DNA of 64,000 nt from a bacterium (GCA_022616075.1 JAKEFK010000048.1:2371-66370); one strand, 5' to 3'; numbered from the stretch's first letter, positions 28,021 to 37,845 are shown. Program-made: numbers and translations. The notes: generated by a model not told the origin, from the letters alone.

Positions 28021-30249
28021 GACGGCACTATGATCTGGATTTCCGAAAAGGTGCATGCCGTTTACGATGCGCAGCACAATCTACTCTATTACGAAGGGAG
28101 CATTGAGGACATCACAGAGCGGAAAGTCGCTGAGGAGGCTCTCGAACAGAAAACTGCATTATTGAAGGTCTTGCAGGAAGTAGCAGTTGCGGCAAATCAG
28201 GCTACGAATGAATTAGAAGTTCTGCAGTTCGGAATCGACCGGGTCTGTGAATTTACCAGATGGCCGGTGGGTCATGTATATATGGTGTCCAGAGGATCGG
28301 AAGGCACTCTGGCCCCGACAACGATCTGGCACCTGCCCAAGGATGGACGTTTCGATACCTTCCGAAGAGTAACCGAATCGACGCATCTAGAAAAAGGAAA
28401 AGGCCTTCCGGGCCGGGTGGCTTTGAGCGGCAAACCTGCCTGGATTATGGATGTAACAAAAGACTCCAACTTTCCGCGGGCAAAGTTCGCTGAAGACATT
28501 GGCGTTCATGGCGCCTTTGGTTTTCCGGTATTGATCGGATCTCAAGCCGTGGCAGTTATGGAATTCTTTACAGAAAAACCAGCCGAGCCGGATGAAGCTT
28601 TGTTGCAGGCAATGGCGCATATCGGTACGCAGCTTGGACGGGTCTTCGAACGCAAGCGTTCCGAAGAAGAGTTGAGGCAAGCGAAGGACCAGGCCGAAGA
28701 AGCGAATCGCTCGAAAAGCAAGTTTCTCGCGACGATGAGTCATGAATTACGGACTCCGCTGAATGCCATTATCGGATACAGCGAAATGCTTCAGGAGGAA
28801 GCCGACGATCTCGGAGTTAAAATATTTGATTCGGACCTGAAAAGAATTCACTCCGCCGGAAAACACCTGTTGACTTTGATCAATGACATCCTTGACCTTT
28901 CCAAAATTGAAGCTGGAAAGATGGAGTTGTTTCTCGAAACATTTTCACTTGCTGGTTTGATTCAGGATGTGGTGAACACAGTGCATCCGCTTGCGGAAAA
29001 AAATGGAAATAGAATCAAAGTTGAAAGTGAAAAAGATCCCGGGAGCATGCATGCTGACGTTACGCGCGTGCGACAAATTCTGTTTAACTTGATGAGCAAT
29101 GCATGCAAGTTTACAAAATCGGGAACCATCACAGTGCGGGTGAATCGAGAAATAAGAAAGAGCGGCGAGTGGTTCCGTTTCGATATTTCCGATACGGGCA
29201 TCGGAATGACTCCAGATCAGCTCGCCCGGTTGTTTGAGGCTTTTACTCAGGCTGACGCTTCCACAACCAGACAGTACGGGGGAACCGGCCTGGGTTTGGT
29301 CATTAGCCGTAAATTCTGCCATATGATGGGCGGAGACATCACTGTTCAAAGCGAACATGGCCGGGGAACAACTTTTACCGTTGAGTTACCTGTTGATGTC
29401 TCAAGTCATGGTATTCAACGAGTCCAGGTATTTGAAGAAAAAATCGCCGCGGAACCGTTGACTGCAGTTGGCAAGGAGGATTTCCGTTCTACGATATTAG
29501 TAATTGATGACGATCCGGACGCAAGAGATTTGATGTCGCGAGTCCTTTTCCGGGAGGGATTTCGTCCAGTGCTTGCTTCTTCGGGAGAACAGGGATTGTT
29601 TCTTGCCCGGGAATTGCGCCCGAAGGTGGTTATCCTGGACGTTTTAATGCCGGTGATGGACGGTTCGACGGTACTCACGGAAATGAAAGCGGATCCGGAA
29701 CTTGCAGATATTCCGGTCATCATGGTAACGATGGTCGATAACAAGGAGTTGGGCTATGCTCTCGGAGTAAGTGACTACTTGAGCAAGCCCGTGGACCGGG
29801 AACGGCTTGCTTGTGTGTTGCGGAGATTCAGCTGCCCGAATCCACCTTGTCCGGTGCTCGTTGTTGAAGACGATGAAGAAACCCGCGACATTTTCAAACG
29901 CGCATTGGAGAAAGAAGGCTGGAGTGTCGCTGTTGCGGAAAACGGCCGCGTCGGACTTGCCCGGGTATCCGAACAGATTCCGGAATTGATCCTTCTGGAT
30001 CTCATGATGCCGGAAATGGACGGCTTTGAGTTTGTGACAGAGTTGCGAAAAAACGAAGCCTGGCGCCAGATCCCGTTGATTGTTGTTACGGCCAAAGATT
30101 TGACGCAAGATGACCGCAACCGGCTAAATGGATACGTTCAGTCCATCTTGCAGAAGGGGGACTACACCAAAGATGGGCTGATGCAAGAACTAAGAAGCTT
30201 GCTTGCCGCCTGTGTTCGCGAAAGCGCTGGAAAAGAACGCACTACGTAA
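28021..30249 (+). CDS. hybrid sensor histidine kinase, C-terminal fragment (end of PAS - GAF - HisKA - HATPase_c - REC - REC)
   Basis: The +1 frame continues [17 protein letters not shown] (PAS core), then GAF, H-box [18 protein letters not shown]-box [13 protein letters not shown], and two receiver domains ([18 protein letters not shown] and [18 protein letters not shown]). Confidence 0.8.
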   Translation, partial: DGTMIWISEKVHAVYDAQHNLLYYEGSIEDITERKVAEEALEQKTALLKVLQEVAVAANQATNELEVLQFGIDRVCEFTRWPVGHVYMVSRGSEGTLAPTTIWHLPKDGRFDTFRRVTESTHLEKGKGLPGRVALSGKPAWIMDVTKDSNFPRAKFAEDIGVHGAFGFPVLIGSQAVAVMEFFTEKPAEPDEALLQAMAHIGTQLGRVFERKRSEEELRQAKDQAEEANRSKSKFLATMSHELRTPLNAIIGYSEMLQEEADDLGVKIFDSDLKRIHSAGKHLLTLINDILDLSKIEAGKMELFLETFSLAGLIQDVVNTVHPLAEKNGNRIKVESEKDPGSMHADVTRVRQILFNLMSNACKFTKSGTITVRVNREIRKSGEWFRFDISDTGIGMTPDQLARLFEAFTQADASTTRQYGGTGLGLVISRKFCHMMGGDITVQSEHGRGTTFTVELPVDVSSHGIQRVQVFEEKIAAEPLTAVGKEDFRSTILVIDDDPDARDLMSRVLFREGFRPVLASSGEQGLFLARELRPKVVILDVLMPVMDGSTVLTEMKADPELADIPVIMVTMVDNKELGYALGVSDYLSKPVDRERLACVLRRFSCPNPPCPVLVVEDDEETRDIFKRALEKEGWSVAVAENGRVGLARVSEQIPELILLDLMMPEMDGFEFVTELRKNEAWRQIPLIVVTAKDLTQDDRNRLNGYVQSILQKGDYTKDGLMQELRSLLAACVRESAGKERTT

Positions 30250-30277
30250 CGACTACTATCTGGTTTGAGGTAATTTT

Positions 30278-30616
30278 TTGGACGAAGAATTATCATCAGA
30301 AGAGCTGAATGTTATTCTTATTGAAAATCAGCCTGAAATCATTTCAAAGGTTCATTCACTGCTCACGGAAATCAAAGAATGCCGGCTGAAAGTTCATTCT
30401 TCACATCACGAACTGGGAAGGCAAGTAGAAGCAGAACTTCCAGACCTCGTTTTACTTGCTCATGCCGAAAATGCCCCTCAAATAGTGTCGGAGATTCGTG
30501 AACGATCTCCTGATACGTACGTGGTCATCCTCCTGCCTGCGATTCAGGAAGACCTGGTTAATGAATACATTAATCGCAGAGCTCACGGACTTTTGTTCAA
30601 GAATCAGAATTTTTAA
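30278..30616 (+). CDS. degenerate (pseudo-)receiver domain protein
   Basis: REC-like fold signature, but the acidic pair is EN (VILIEN) and the phospho-acceptor position reads DLVLLAHAEN, where Ala replaces Asp. Confidence 0.5.
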   Translation: MDEELSSEELNVILIENQPEIISKVHSLLTEIKECRLKVHSSHHELGRQVEAELPDLVLLAHAENAPQIVSEIRERSPDTYVVILLPAIQEDLVNEYINRRAHGLLFKNQNF

Positions 30617-30723
30617 GGCGATTTCATTTCGACAATGAAGAAAGCTTTTGCCCGAATTGTGGAACGCAAGTCTTCCTTGCTGAATTCTTTAAGCAAAGTT
30701 CTTTTTTCGCAAGTAATCGCGAA

Positions 30724-32046
30724 ATGGAACGGCTTTTGATGAATGTCAAGACACTCCAGCCTGGCCAAACGATCATGCATTACAAGATTGTTGAGTCTCT
30801 CGGTGAAGCTGGAATGGGTGAGGTGTATCGCGCGGAGGATCAAAAGCTGCGACGCCAGGTTGCTATTAAAGTTTTGTCTGTGCCTGTAATGCGCGATCAA
30901 ACTGCCCGAACCAGATTGATGCGTGAAGCAATCGCAGCGTCCGCTTTAAACCATCCGAATATCATCACAATTTATGCAATTGAAGAAGTCAATGATGTCT
31001 CGTTTATCGTCATGGAATTCGTTGAAGGGAAAAGCCTCTACCGGATCCTGAAACGAGGGCCGTTGCAGTTTGAGCAAATCATTGACGTTGGAGCAAAAGT
31101 TGCTGACGCTCTTTCGGCCGCTCACTCGATCGGATTGATTCACCGGGACATCAAACCGGGAAACATCATGATTACTGCCGGGGGAAATGTGAAGCTGCTG
31201 GATTTTGGCCTCGCCAAATGTATGCCGAATGTCGGACAGGATTTTTCGACAGATCCGCTTTTCGCCAGCACGCTCACAACGATGGGCTCGCCAGTAGGAA
31301 CGATCAATTACATGTCGCCTGAACAAACACGGGGGGAATCACTGGATACGCGAACTGATATTTTTTCTTTGGGAAGCGTGCTTTACGAAGCGGCAACTGC
31401 CAAATCCCCCTTCCGGGGCGCAAGCATTCTTGAATTATTCCATGAAATTGCTACTGCTGAGACAAAAGCACCCAGCAGTATCGTCTCCACTATTCCTCAA
31501 TCATTTGATGCGCTCATTTCACGCGCAATGGCTAAAAAGCCGGAAGACCGCATTGCGACTGCTGCTGAATTCTCCGAAACATTGAAGAAGCTGCTCCATT
31601 CTGAGCTGGTTCATTCGCGAGAACCATCGCACGAAATTCCGACAATCAAGCAATCCGCATCAGCAACCGGAGAAACAATCTTTCTTGTAGAAGACAATGA
31701 AGACAACCGGGACATGCTAACACGCAGATTGAAACGTAAAGGCTACGAGGTACTTATCGCTGTCAACGGAAGAGATGCTCTGGATCGCATTCCCGTTGAA
31801 CGACCTGACCTGATTCTAATGGACATCAGTTTGCCGCTGGTGGATGGCATTGAAGTGAGTCGCAGGTTGAAGAATTCCGATGCTACAAAGGACATCCCCA
31901 TCATCGCGCTTACGGCTCATGCAATGGCGGGCGACCGTGAAAAAGCGCTGGCTGCCGGATGCGACGACTACGATACAAAACCTGTCGATTTTGAAAGACT
32001 GCTGAACAAGGTCTTGCGCTCACTGGAAAAGAAAAAAGCGAAATAG
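30724..32046 (+). CDS. Ser/Thr protein kinase fused to a C-terminal receiver domain
   Basis: Hanks kinase motifs GEAGMGEVY, AIK, HRDIKPGN, DFGLAK, SPE. C-terminal REC has an intact TIFLVEDNED, DLILMDISLP, ALTAH and DYDTKP. Confidence 0.85.
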   Translation: MERLLMNVKTLQPGQTIMHYKIVESLGEAGMGEVYRAEDQKLRRQVAIKVLSVPVMRDQTARTRLMREAIAASALNHPNIITIYAIEEVNDVSFIVMEFVEGKSLYRILKRGPLQFEQIIDVGAKVADALSAAHSIGLIHRDIKPGNIMITAGGNVKLLDFGLAKCMPNVGQDFSTDPLFASTLTTMGSPVGTINYMSPEQTRGESLDTRTDIFSLGSVLYEAATAKSPFRGASILELFHEIATAETKAPSSIVSTIPQSFDALISRAMAKKPEDRIATAAEFSETLKKLLHSELVHSREPSHEIPTIKQSASATGETIFLVEDNEDNRDMLTRRLKRKGYEVLIAVNGRDALDRIPVERPDLILMDISLPLVDGIEVSRRLKNSDATKDIPIIALTAHAMAGDREKALAAGCDDYDTKPVDFERLLNKVLRSLEKKKAK

Positions 32047-32053
32047 CCGGCGT

Positions 32054-32458
32054 TCATTCACCTATCCTTGGAAGATTGATGTCGAGTTGAAGCGTCCATT
32101 TCCATTTACCGTTGACACCTTCGTCGTTGAACCAAACAGGGCCGGTCAAGAGGCTAATGTCCCTGGTAAAGAAAACGTAGAGGCCGAATCCGCCGCCTCC
32201 AAACGCGTTATTTCCCGATGCATAATCGCCCGCGAAAACCAATCTGTTAAACTCATTTCCCGCTGAGTCTTTTACCGGCATAAAGCCCCGGTCAAAAGCA
32301 ATCTCAAACCCTTTATTTTCTTTCTCTCCATCACTGCTGAGCAGAACATCACCATTGCCAATGTACGGGCCGGCCGAGATCCGGCCAACATTTGGAAACA
32401 CTTTTCCTACCACCAGATGAACAATATTTTGATTGGTCACACCGCTCTCAGTTCCCAC
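32054..32458 (-). CDS. outer-membrane beta-barrel protein, C-terminal part (same frame as 32486-32866, separated by an in-frame TAG)
   Basis: Alternating amphipathic beta-strand pattern, Gly/aromatic rich, ends ..WTLQLDINLPRIGE. Confidence 0.55.
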   Translation of the reverse strand: MGTESGVTNQNIVHLVVGKVFPNVGRISAGPYIGNGDVLLSSDGEKENKGFEIAFDRGFMPVKDSAGNEFNRLVFAGDYASGNNAFGGGGFGLYVFFTRDISLLTGPVWFNDEGVNGKWKWTLQLDINLPRIGE

Positions 32459-32485
32459 ATTGAAAATCCCCAGTTGGATGGCTGG

Positions 32486-32866
32486 CTACCCTTCAAACAG
32501 CGCATCTGCAGGTGTACCAATCCTGGCGTTAAACAAGAGTGGATGATCGCTTGGTTCCAAGAAATCGAAACCAACTTCCATTTGGAGTTTTTCAAATGGA
32601 AGAATCCCCACTGTCAGACCATAATCCGTTGGAAAATCTCCGCCTCCATCCGAAGCATCGCGAAAAACAGTAAAGTAGCTGTCGTAAGTAATATGAAATA
32701 CTTTGTACGACTGAATATCCAAGGTCATCGGAGTCCAGTAAGTGGTCGACGGCGTCGCATAACTTATGGATCCGAAAGAGACGAAGGCAACAAAAGCCAC
32801 CAGAAAAACTGTCCATCTAATCTTCATATTGGGACATATTTTAGCCCCCATCATCTTCGGCCACAA
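32486..32866 (-). CDS. outer-membrane beta-barrel protein, N-terminal part with signal peptide
   Basis: Signal peptide MKIRWTVFLVAFVAFVSFGSISYA. TAG at 32486-32488 on the minus strand. The downstream ORF is in the same frame. Confidence 0.55.
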   Translation of the reverse strand: MWPKMMGAKICPNMKIRWTVFLVAFVAFVSFGSISYATPSTTYWTPMTLDIQSYKVFHITYDSYFTVFRDASDGGGDFPTDYGLTVGILPFEKLQMEVGFDFLEPSDHPLLFNARIGTPADALFEG

Positions 32867-32872
32867 GGGTAT

Positions 32873-34096
32873 TCAATTGCCATATTCTCCAACCAGGCGG
32901 AGGAGTAAGAAAAAGCCAGGATAGAAGTTCTCTTCATCGCAATCCATTGTAAAGAGAGGCTGCGCGTCGACGGCGTTGAACAAATAGAACTTCCCAGAAT
33001 CGAAGGAATACGAGAGCGGTTTTGAAAAGGGGAACGTCATGCTGAAATTTCCGCCGAGCAAACTGGTCGACAGATAACGAACCTCATCTTTTGAAATGCG
33101 AGCAAACCGTCCCCAGGGAACATCCTGTTGAGTTGCGACTTTCAGGTAGAGGCGGTCTGCGATTTGCTTGGAAATGTCCAGTTTGGCTTGTTCCAATTCC
33201 TTATCATTGCCGTAGCGTTGTGTTTTGATTTGCATCAACTTCAAATCAGGTAAAGATTTGAGCTTCAACTGGGTCCGCGTGAAAGCGTAAATTCCATTTA
33301 CGAATTGAAGGCCGACTGCGTATTGAAGCGTTTCACAATTCCTGAAAAAAAGGACTCTGTGTCCCGGCCGCTGAATGATTCCGTTCTCGTAAAAATCCCA
33401 CGTGCGTCTCTGGAGCAGGATTGACAGAAATAACTGAAGCGCCGAATCGTCCTTTCGTCTGAATAAGAGCCGGCCCAAAGAACTGGACGATTGCGGAGGT
33501 GGATTCTTTTTAACGTAGCGATCCAGTATTTCCAAAAGAATACGTGATTGTGCGGTTTCCATTGGAATTCGAACAAAGGGATAGCTCTCTTGCAATTTCC
33601 AAACGGTTACATGATTTTCGCTCATTGCGGCATCCCAAATTTCTTTGCAATTCAGTTTCTTTCCGTTTGATTGCAAAGCTTCCGCCGTCAAAATCCAGCC
33701 ATTTCCCTGCAGAGATCCTCCCGATTCGATCTCATTTTGTGCGCGATCGGCCAGTTGTCCAATCAGTTTGTTAGCAAAAAACGGGAAATCGTCAGGAGGA
33801 TCGATCTTACTGATGTGTTTTAGAGAAATTTTTCCGGAGGAAGTGGCCAGAATGATCTCGTATTTTGTTCCGGTGCAGATCCCATTCGTATATGAATCCG
33901 CTTCCTTCCATTTCAAAATCCGCGCATCGGAAAAGAAAATGGATGAGTCATTACTCCCGATTCGGATTCGAAAGCCATTCTGATGAATGAACAATACAGG
34001 TTTCCAAAAAAAATACCGGGAAGAGCTCAGAATGAGTGGTGGCTTTTCCTCAGAACCTAGATCAGGATTGGTGTGTTTCAAACTCACGCGCCACAC
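32873..34096 (-). CDS. hypothetical 407-aa protein, orphan
   Basis: Long ORF translationally coupled to neighbours on both sides. No recognisable motif. The N-terminal region is possibly a PH-like beta sandwich. The track start is GTG. Confidence 0.5.
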   Translation of the reverse strand: MWRVSLKHTNPDLGSEEKPPLILSSSRYFFWKPVLFIHQNGFRIRIGSNDSSIFFSDARILKWKEADSYTNGICTGTKYEIILATSSGKISLKHISKIDPPDDFPFFANKLIGQLADRAQNEIESGGSLQGNGWILTAEALQSNGKKLNCKEIWDAAMSENHVTVWKLQESYPFVRIPMETAQSRILLEILDRYVKKNPPPQSSSSLGRLLFRRKDDSALQLFLSILLQRRTWDFYENGIIQRPGHRVLFFRNCETLQYAVGLQFVNGIYAFTRTQLKLKSLPDLKLMQIKTQRYGNDKELEQAKLDISKQIADRLYLKVATQQDVPWGRFARISKDEVRYLSTSLLGGNFSMTFPFSKPLSYSFDSGKFYLFNAVDAQPLFTMDCDEENFYPGFFLLLRLVGEYGN

Positions 34097-34544
34097 GGTG
34101 GCCCAAAAGATGATTTGCGATCAGGTAGCGCACTTCCAGATACGTTGCGAATCCGCTGATCATCACAGCCAGAAATCCAAGACTGAAATGAAACCATACA
34201 GGAAAAACTCCTGTGTGCACTCCCCCGCCCAGAATTGTTTGTATCATTACGGCAAGCATAGCCATTGTTGCAACTTTAAAAATGCTCTTCCGGTACGTTT
34301 TGGTTTGCGCCACATATTTTTGGTCCAGATGCTTTTTTTCGACCGCTTCACGGATCATGCGTCCCACAGCAACCACATACATCATTGTGAGACTGTGCGC
34401 AAAAACGTTCAGCGCGGTCGCGCAAAGAGCCATAACGATGTGAGAGCGGATCGAAGGTCCTGAATCCACAAGGATTCCCTGAGCAAACACCCAGACTAGA
34501 AATACGATCGAAGCGAGGTTGAAGGTGATAAGAATCCCGGTCAT
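34062..34544 (-). CDS. small integral membrane protein (4 TM)
   Basis: Four hydrophobic helices. ATGA overlap with the upstream hydrolase gene. Confidence 0.6.
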   Translation of the reverse strand: MTGILITFNLASIVFLVWVFAQGILVDSGPSIRSHIVMALCATALNVFAHSLTMMYVVAVGRMIREAVEKKHLDQKYVAQTKTYRKSIFKVATMAMLAVMIQTILGGGVHTGVFPVWFHFSLGFLAVMISGFATYLEVRYLIANHLLGHRVAREFETHQS

Positions 34545-35344
34545 GAGTGATGGCGCGCTAGAAAATTGAGGACGACGGGATTTACTTCATCGGGAAACTC
34601 ACGCCAGAATCCGTGTTTGCCACGCGAGAAAATCATCAGTTCGGCGTTCGGAATGGAAGCGGCCAGATCGCGGGATTGTTCCGGAGTTGTGATCGAGTCC
34701 TCCTTCGCAGCGATCACCAGAGTGGGAGCTTTGATTTGTCTTGCCAGCTCCCGGCTGTCATGCGTCTCGCAGGCAATCGACTGGCTAAGATAGCCTTGCA
34801 GCAGCTCTTCTGAGCCGATTTCTGCCAGCAACCGCCGCGCTTCATCCAGGCGGGAACGATTCGTCACACAATATTCATTCGAATAGGATAGAAGGAAAGC
34901 CAACCGGTAAGTTTCGAAAAGTCCGGCTTTTTCGGCGAGAATGCGCCCCATCTCGAGCAGCTCCTCTCCGTACGAATCATGCCGCATTAATGTGCAGGCG
35001 AGAACGAGCGAACGGACCCTTTCCGGATGGCGCGCGGCAAGAATCTGAGCGATCATTCCTCCCATGGATTTCCCGACTACATGAACCTGTTCCATCTGGA
35101 GTTGGTCCAAAAGCGCTATCGCATCTTCAGCCATACTCTCAGTCGTGTAAGTTCCGGAGGGTTTCGTGGATCTCGCTGATCCTCGATTCTCCAGTATGAT
35201 CGTTTTGTAACCTTCCTTCAGGACGGGTAAAAATGTTCCCCAAGTTCCAGCATCGGAACCCAACCCGGGAATCAACAGGATTGGATCACCGGACCCGTTT
35301 ACTTCGTGGTAGAGATTGATGCCATTAACGCGAGCGTATGTCAT
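34541..35344 (-). CDS. alpha/beta-fold hydrolase
   Basis: HVVGKSMGG nucleophile elbow, ILLIPGLGSD oxyanion region, C-terminal His (SRGKHGFW). Confidence 0.85.
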   Translation of the reverse strand: MTYARVNGINLYHEVNGSGDPILLIPGLGSDAGTWGTFLPVLKEGYKTIILENRGSARSTKPSGTYTTESMAEDAIALLDQLQMEQVHVVGKSMGGMIAQILAARHPERVRSLVLACTLMRHDSYGEELLEMGRILAEKAGLFETYRLAFLLSYSNEYCVTNRSRLDEARRLLAEIGSEELLQGYLSQSIACETHDSRELARQIKAPTLVIAAKEDSITTPEQSRDLAASIPNAELMIFSRGKHGFWREFPDEVNPVVLNFLARHHS

Positions 35345-35389
35345 ATCATATTCAAGAGGCTAGAGGGCAGCCTTCCAGGCTGCATTACG

Positions 35390-35462
35390 GGCCGCAGGCA
35401 TCTTACCCGCTGCGTACTGGAAGTCCGCGGCGCCTAATGCGGGCTGGAAGCCCGCGCTCCAT
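35390..35462. repeat. family-3-related palindromic repeat (contains the GGACTTCCAGT core arm and GGCTGGAAGCCCGCGCTCCATAG)
   Basis: Homologous to the sequence flanking the MITE at 63735-63935. Here the site is uninterrupted. Confidence 0.7.
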
Positions 35463-35464
35463 AG

Positions 35465-36400
35465 TCACAGCGTACTCATCAACTCTTCCACTTCTTTGCG
35501 ATCGGCGGCATTCGGATTCAGCTCAAGATATTTTTGAAATTCTGATTTCGCCTCCGCACTTTTGGATTGTCCCAACAAAGCCATTGCGAGTTGATAGTGA
35601 GCAACTGGCTCTTTTGGATTGATCTCAACAGCTTTCCGATAGGCGCTCTCCGCCTCAACATACTTGCCGGAGTTGGAATAACATACACCTAGATTGTAGA
35701 AAGCATTGTAGTTTTGCGGCAACAGTTCGGTCGCTTTCGTGAGCGCGTCGATTGCTGGAGAATCAAACTTTCTTTCGGCAAGATAACTATTGCCAATCGC
35801 AAGATAACCTTCACCGAAATCCGGTTTCAGCTTGACCGCTTCTTGAAAGTGCTGCCTTGCCTTTTCTAAGTTATCTTTACGTTCATAAGCAGCCCCCAGA
35901 TTGTAATGAGCAACCACAAGCGTTGAATCGAGTTGCAATGCTTTTTCGAACGCGGCAATTGCTTCGTCCAATTTCCCTCCGTTCAACGCGGCAAGTCCGG
36001 CTTTTGCCTCTTTAACGGCAGGCGATTCTTCAGACGCGGCGGGCTGCTGCGTTTTCTGCTGAGCCGCAACGGATTGCATCTTAAAATCTACAGTTGTTCC
36101 TTTGTCGGCTAAAGTTACACGAACGTCAGCGTACTCATACTCTACCGGCTTATATCCTTCTTTGCTGACCGTGACCCGGTACTCTCCGGGGAATACACCT
36201 ATGTGTATGTATTCCCCTTTTGCATTTGTATGCGCAGTGTATTTCTGACTGATTTCGCCGGTCGAACTAATCGTGATCGTGGCCTTGTCAATCGGTTTTC
36301 CATCCACATCCTTGACCGTACCGCGGACCTTCCCGGCTGCAGCAAAAACCTGCACCGATATCAGGAGAAAGAACAAAAACAGAAAACGAAACTTCATCAC
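35465..36400 (-). CDS. secreted protein with carboxypeptidase-regulatory-like (CarbopepD_reg) domain and TPR repeats
   Basis: Signal peptide. GTVKDVDGKPIDKATITI..GEY beta-sandwich region. Four or more TPR-like repeats (AHYNLGAAY, GYLAIGNSY, AFYNLGVCY, AHYQLAMAL). Confidence 0.75.
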   Translation of the reverse strand: MMKFRFLFLFFLLISVQVFAAAGKVRGTVKDVDGKPIDKATITISSTGEISQKYTAHTNAKGEYIHIGVFPGEYRVTVSKEGYKPVEYEYADVRVTLADKGTTVDFKMQSVAAQQKTQQPAASEESPAVKEAKAGLAALNGGKLDEAIAAFEKALQLDSTLVVAHYNLGAAYERKDNLEKARQHFQEAVKLKPDFGEGYLAIGNSYLAERKFDSPAIDALTKATELLPQNYNAFYNLGVCYSNSGKYVEAESAYRKAVEINPKEPVAHYQLAMALLGQSKSAEAKSEFQKYLELNPNAADRKEVEELMSTL

Positions 36401-36407
36401 TTTGATC

Positions 36408-37820
36408 CTACTTAATTGTAAAACCAGCTTCCTGAGTTGCCGATTGACTGCTGCCCTTATCGTTGACAGTCAACTTGATTTTCCATTCGCCCGGTGTGAA
36501 AAAGGATTCACTCAAGGAAAAACTTGTGGGAACGGTCATCTTCTTGCCGGTCACCAGACCCTTGGCAGGAGAAGGCGTTGTTGGCTTCGGTTTGTCGGTT
36601 CCTTTTTGAAAAGTAATGGTTGCTTCCAGGCTTGCTTGACCAGTTGCGTCTTGCTGAAAGTTGTAAGCTTCATAGACAATAATCAACTCATCGGTTTTTG
36701 AGAATACTCGTTCGGTATTCGGATCCACTTTGATCTTTCCAAAGGTATAGGGTGTTTTCTCAGGTTTTGCCTCCGTCAATTGATTGAACTTTTTCGAAAG
36801 GATGATGGAGCTGATCGCGAATTTTCCATCGTATTGAGGAACGCTCAGCGTCTTCTTTACACCGCCGGCTTTTCCTCCGGAGCTTACTGCAAGCGCCACG
36901 GAATATTCGCCGGGGGTCATCGGCAGTCTGCTCTGAAAATAGCCGGCAGGCTCAGCAGGTGTTGCCGTCGCATCCACAAACGGGAGTTCCGTCTCCTTCA
37001 CAGTATTCCCTGTTGAATCGAGGACGCGGATGCCGACTTTTCCGCCGCTTGAATCTGCGCCTGTGTTGAGCGCAAAGGTTGAAAACACCTCGCCTTCAGA
37101 AGTCATGAAAGAATCAACCAGAGCAATTACCGGAATGTCCTTCGGAGCAGCACCCGTTGCGGTTGCATCCAGTGCGGCCTTGACATCGGGGGACGTGACC
37201 GGTGGCGCATCGCTGACTGCGGGTTTCGCTGCGGCCTGTGGCTGCTTCGCAGCCGGCTCTTGCGGAGTGTGCGCTGCTGCCTGACCAGCGCTGATGGCTC
37301 GCTCGCGCGCTTTTTCCAGAAGAGCTTGAGCTATTTTCTTGTCGGCAAATTTCCATGCTCCTCCGGATACTCGGAATTCAATCGTGACCTCCCCGGATGC
37401 TACTTCAGCCGGCAAATTCCGGAAAACCCAAACCTGCTTCCCGGGCGCGCCTCCCTCTTCTTCTTCACCGTAACCCGCAGGTTTTCCTCCTTCCTGTTTT
37501 TGATCCGCTGGAGGCCCCAGCAAAAGCAGCGTCTGGCCCATGTCTGATTCAAAAGCGCGTTTGTCCTTCATCTTGGCATTCACTTGCGCAAAATTCGTTT
37601 CATAGTTGTTTTTGAATTCATTTTCGGGCGTGCCTGCGGTCGGATCTCTTTTTGCCCAGAAATCCGCCACGAATTTCTCCTTGTCTGCGTCAGATTTCAA
37701 TTTCTTGAAATCGGCCTTTTCCTGTTCTGTCATCAGGACTTGAATTTGATCAATCCACTTGTCGGCGGCAAAAGCAACGACAGTCAGAGCGAGAAAACAG
37801 AACATTGCTAACTTTTTCAT
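36408..37820 (-). CDS. secreted GWxTD-like domain protein
   Basis: Signal peptide. FWAKRDP and NEF..Y..NF..VN motifs of GWxTD-domain proteins, followed by a Pro/Ala-rich linker and Ig-like beta regions. Confidence 0.5.
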   Translation of the reverse strand: MKKLAMFCFLALTVVAFAADKWIDQIQVLMTEQEKADFKKLKSDADKEKFVADFWAKRDPTAGTPENEFKNNYETNFAQVNAKMKDKRAFESDMGQTLLLLGPPADQKQEGGKPAGYGEEEEGGAPGKQVWVFRNLPAEVASGEVTIEFRVSGGAWKFADKKIAQALLEKARERAISAGQAAAHTPQEPAAKQPQAAAKPAVSDAPPVTSPDVKAALDATATGAAPKDIPVIALVDSFMTSEGEVFSTFALNTGADSSGGKVGIRVLDSTGNTVKETELPFVDATATPAEPAGYFQSRLPMTPGEYSVALAVSSGGKAGGVKKTLSVPQYDGKFAISSIILSKKFNQLTEAKPEKTPYTFGKIKVDPNTERVFSKTDELIIVYEAYNFQQDATGQASLEATITFQKGTDKPKPTTPSPAKGLVTGKKMTVPTSFSLSESFFTPGEWKIKLTVNDKGSSQSATQEAGFTIK

Positions 37821-37845
37821 TGTTCTTTCTCCTTTGAACGTTGAT

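Noticed and set aside
30637-30741. 34-codon ORF ([34 protein letters not shown]) upstream of and overlapping the STPK-REC start
   Set aside because: Too short, no motif, and overlaps the better-supported kinase start region. It could be a leader peptide but nothing supports that.
32486-32488. Recoding (pyrrolysine or programmed readthrough) at the amber codon in the OMP gene
   Set aside because: No pyl gene set, no downstream PYLIS-like context, and this is a secreted beta-barrel. A nonsense mutation or sequencing error is far more parsimonious.
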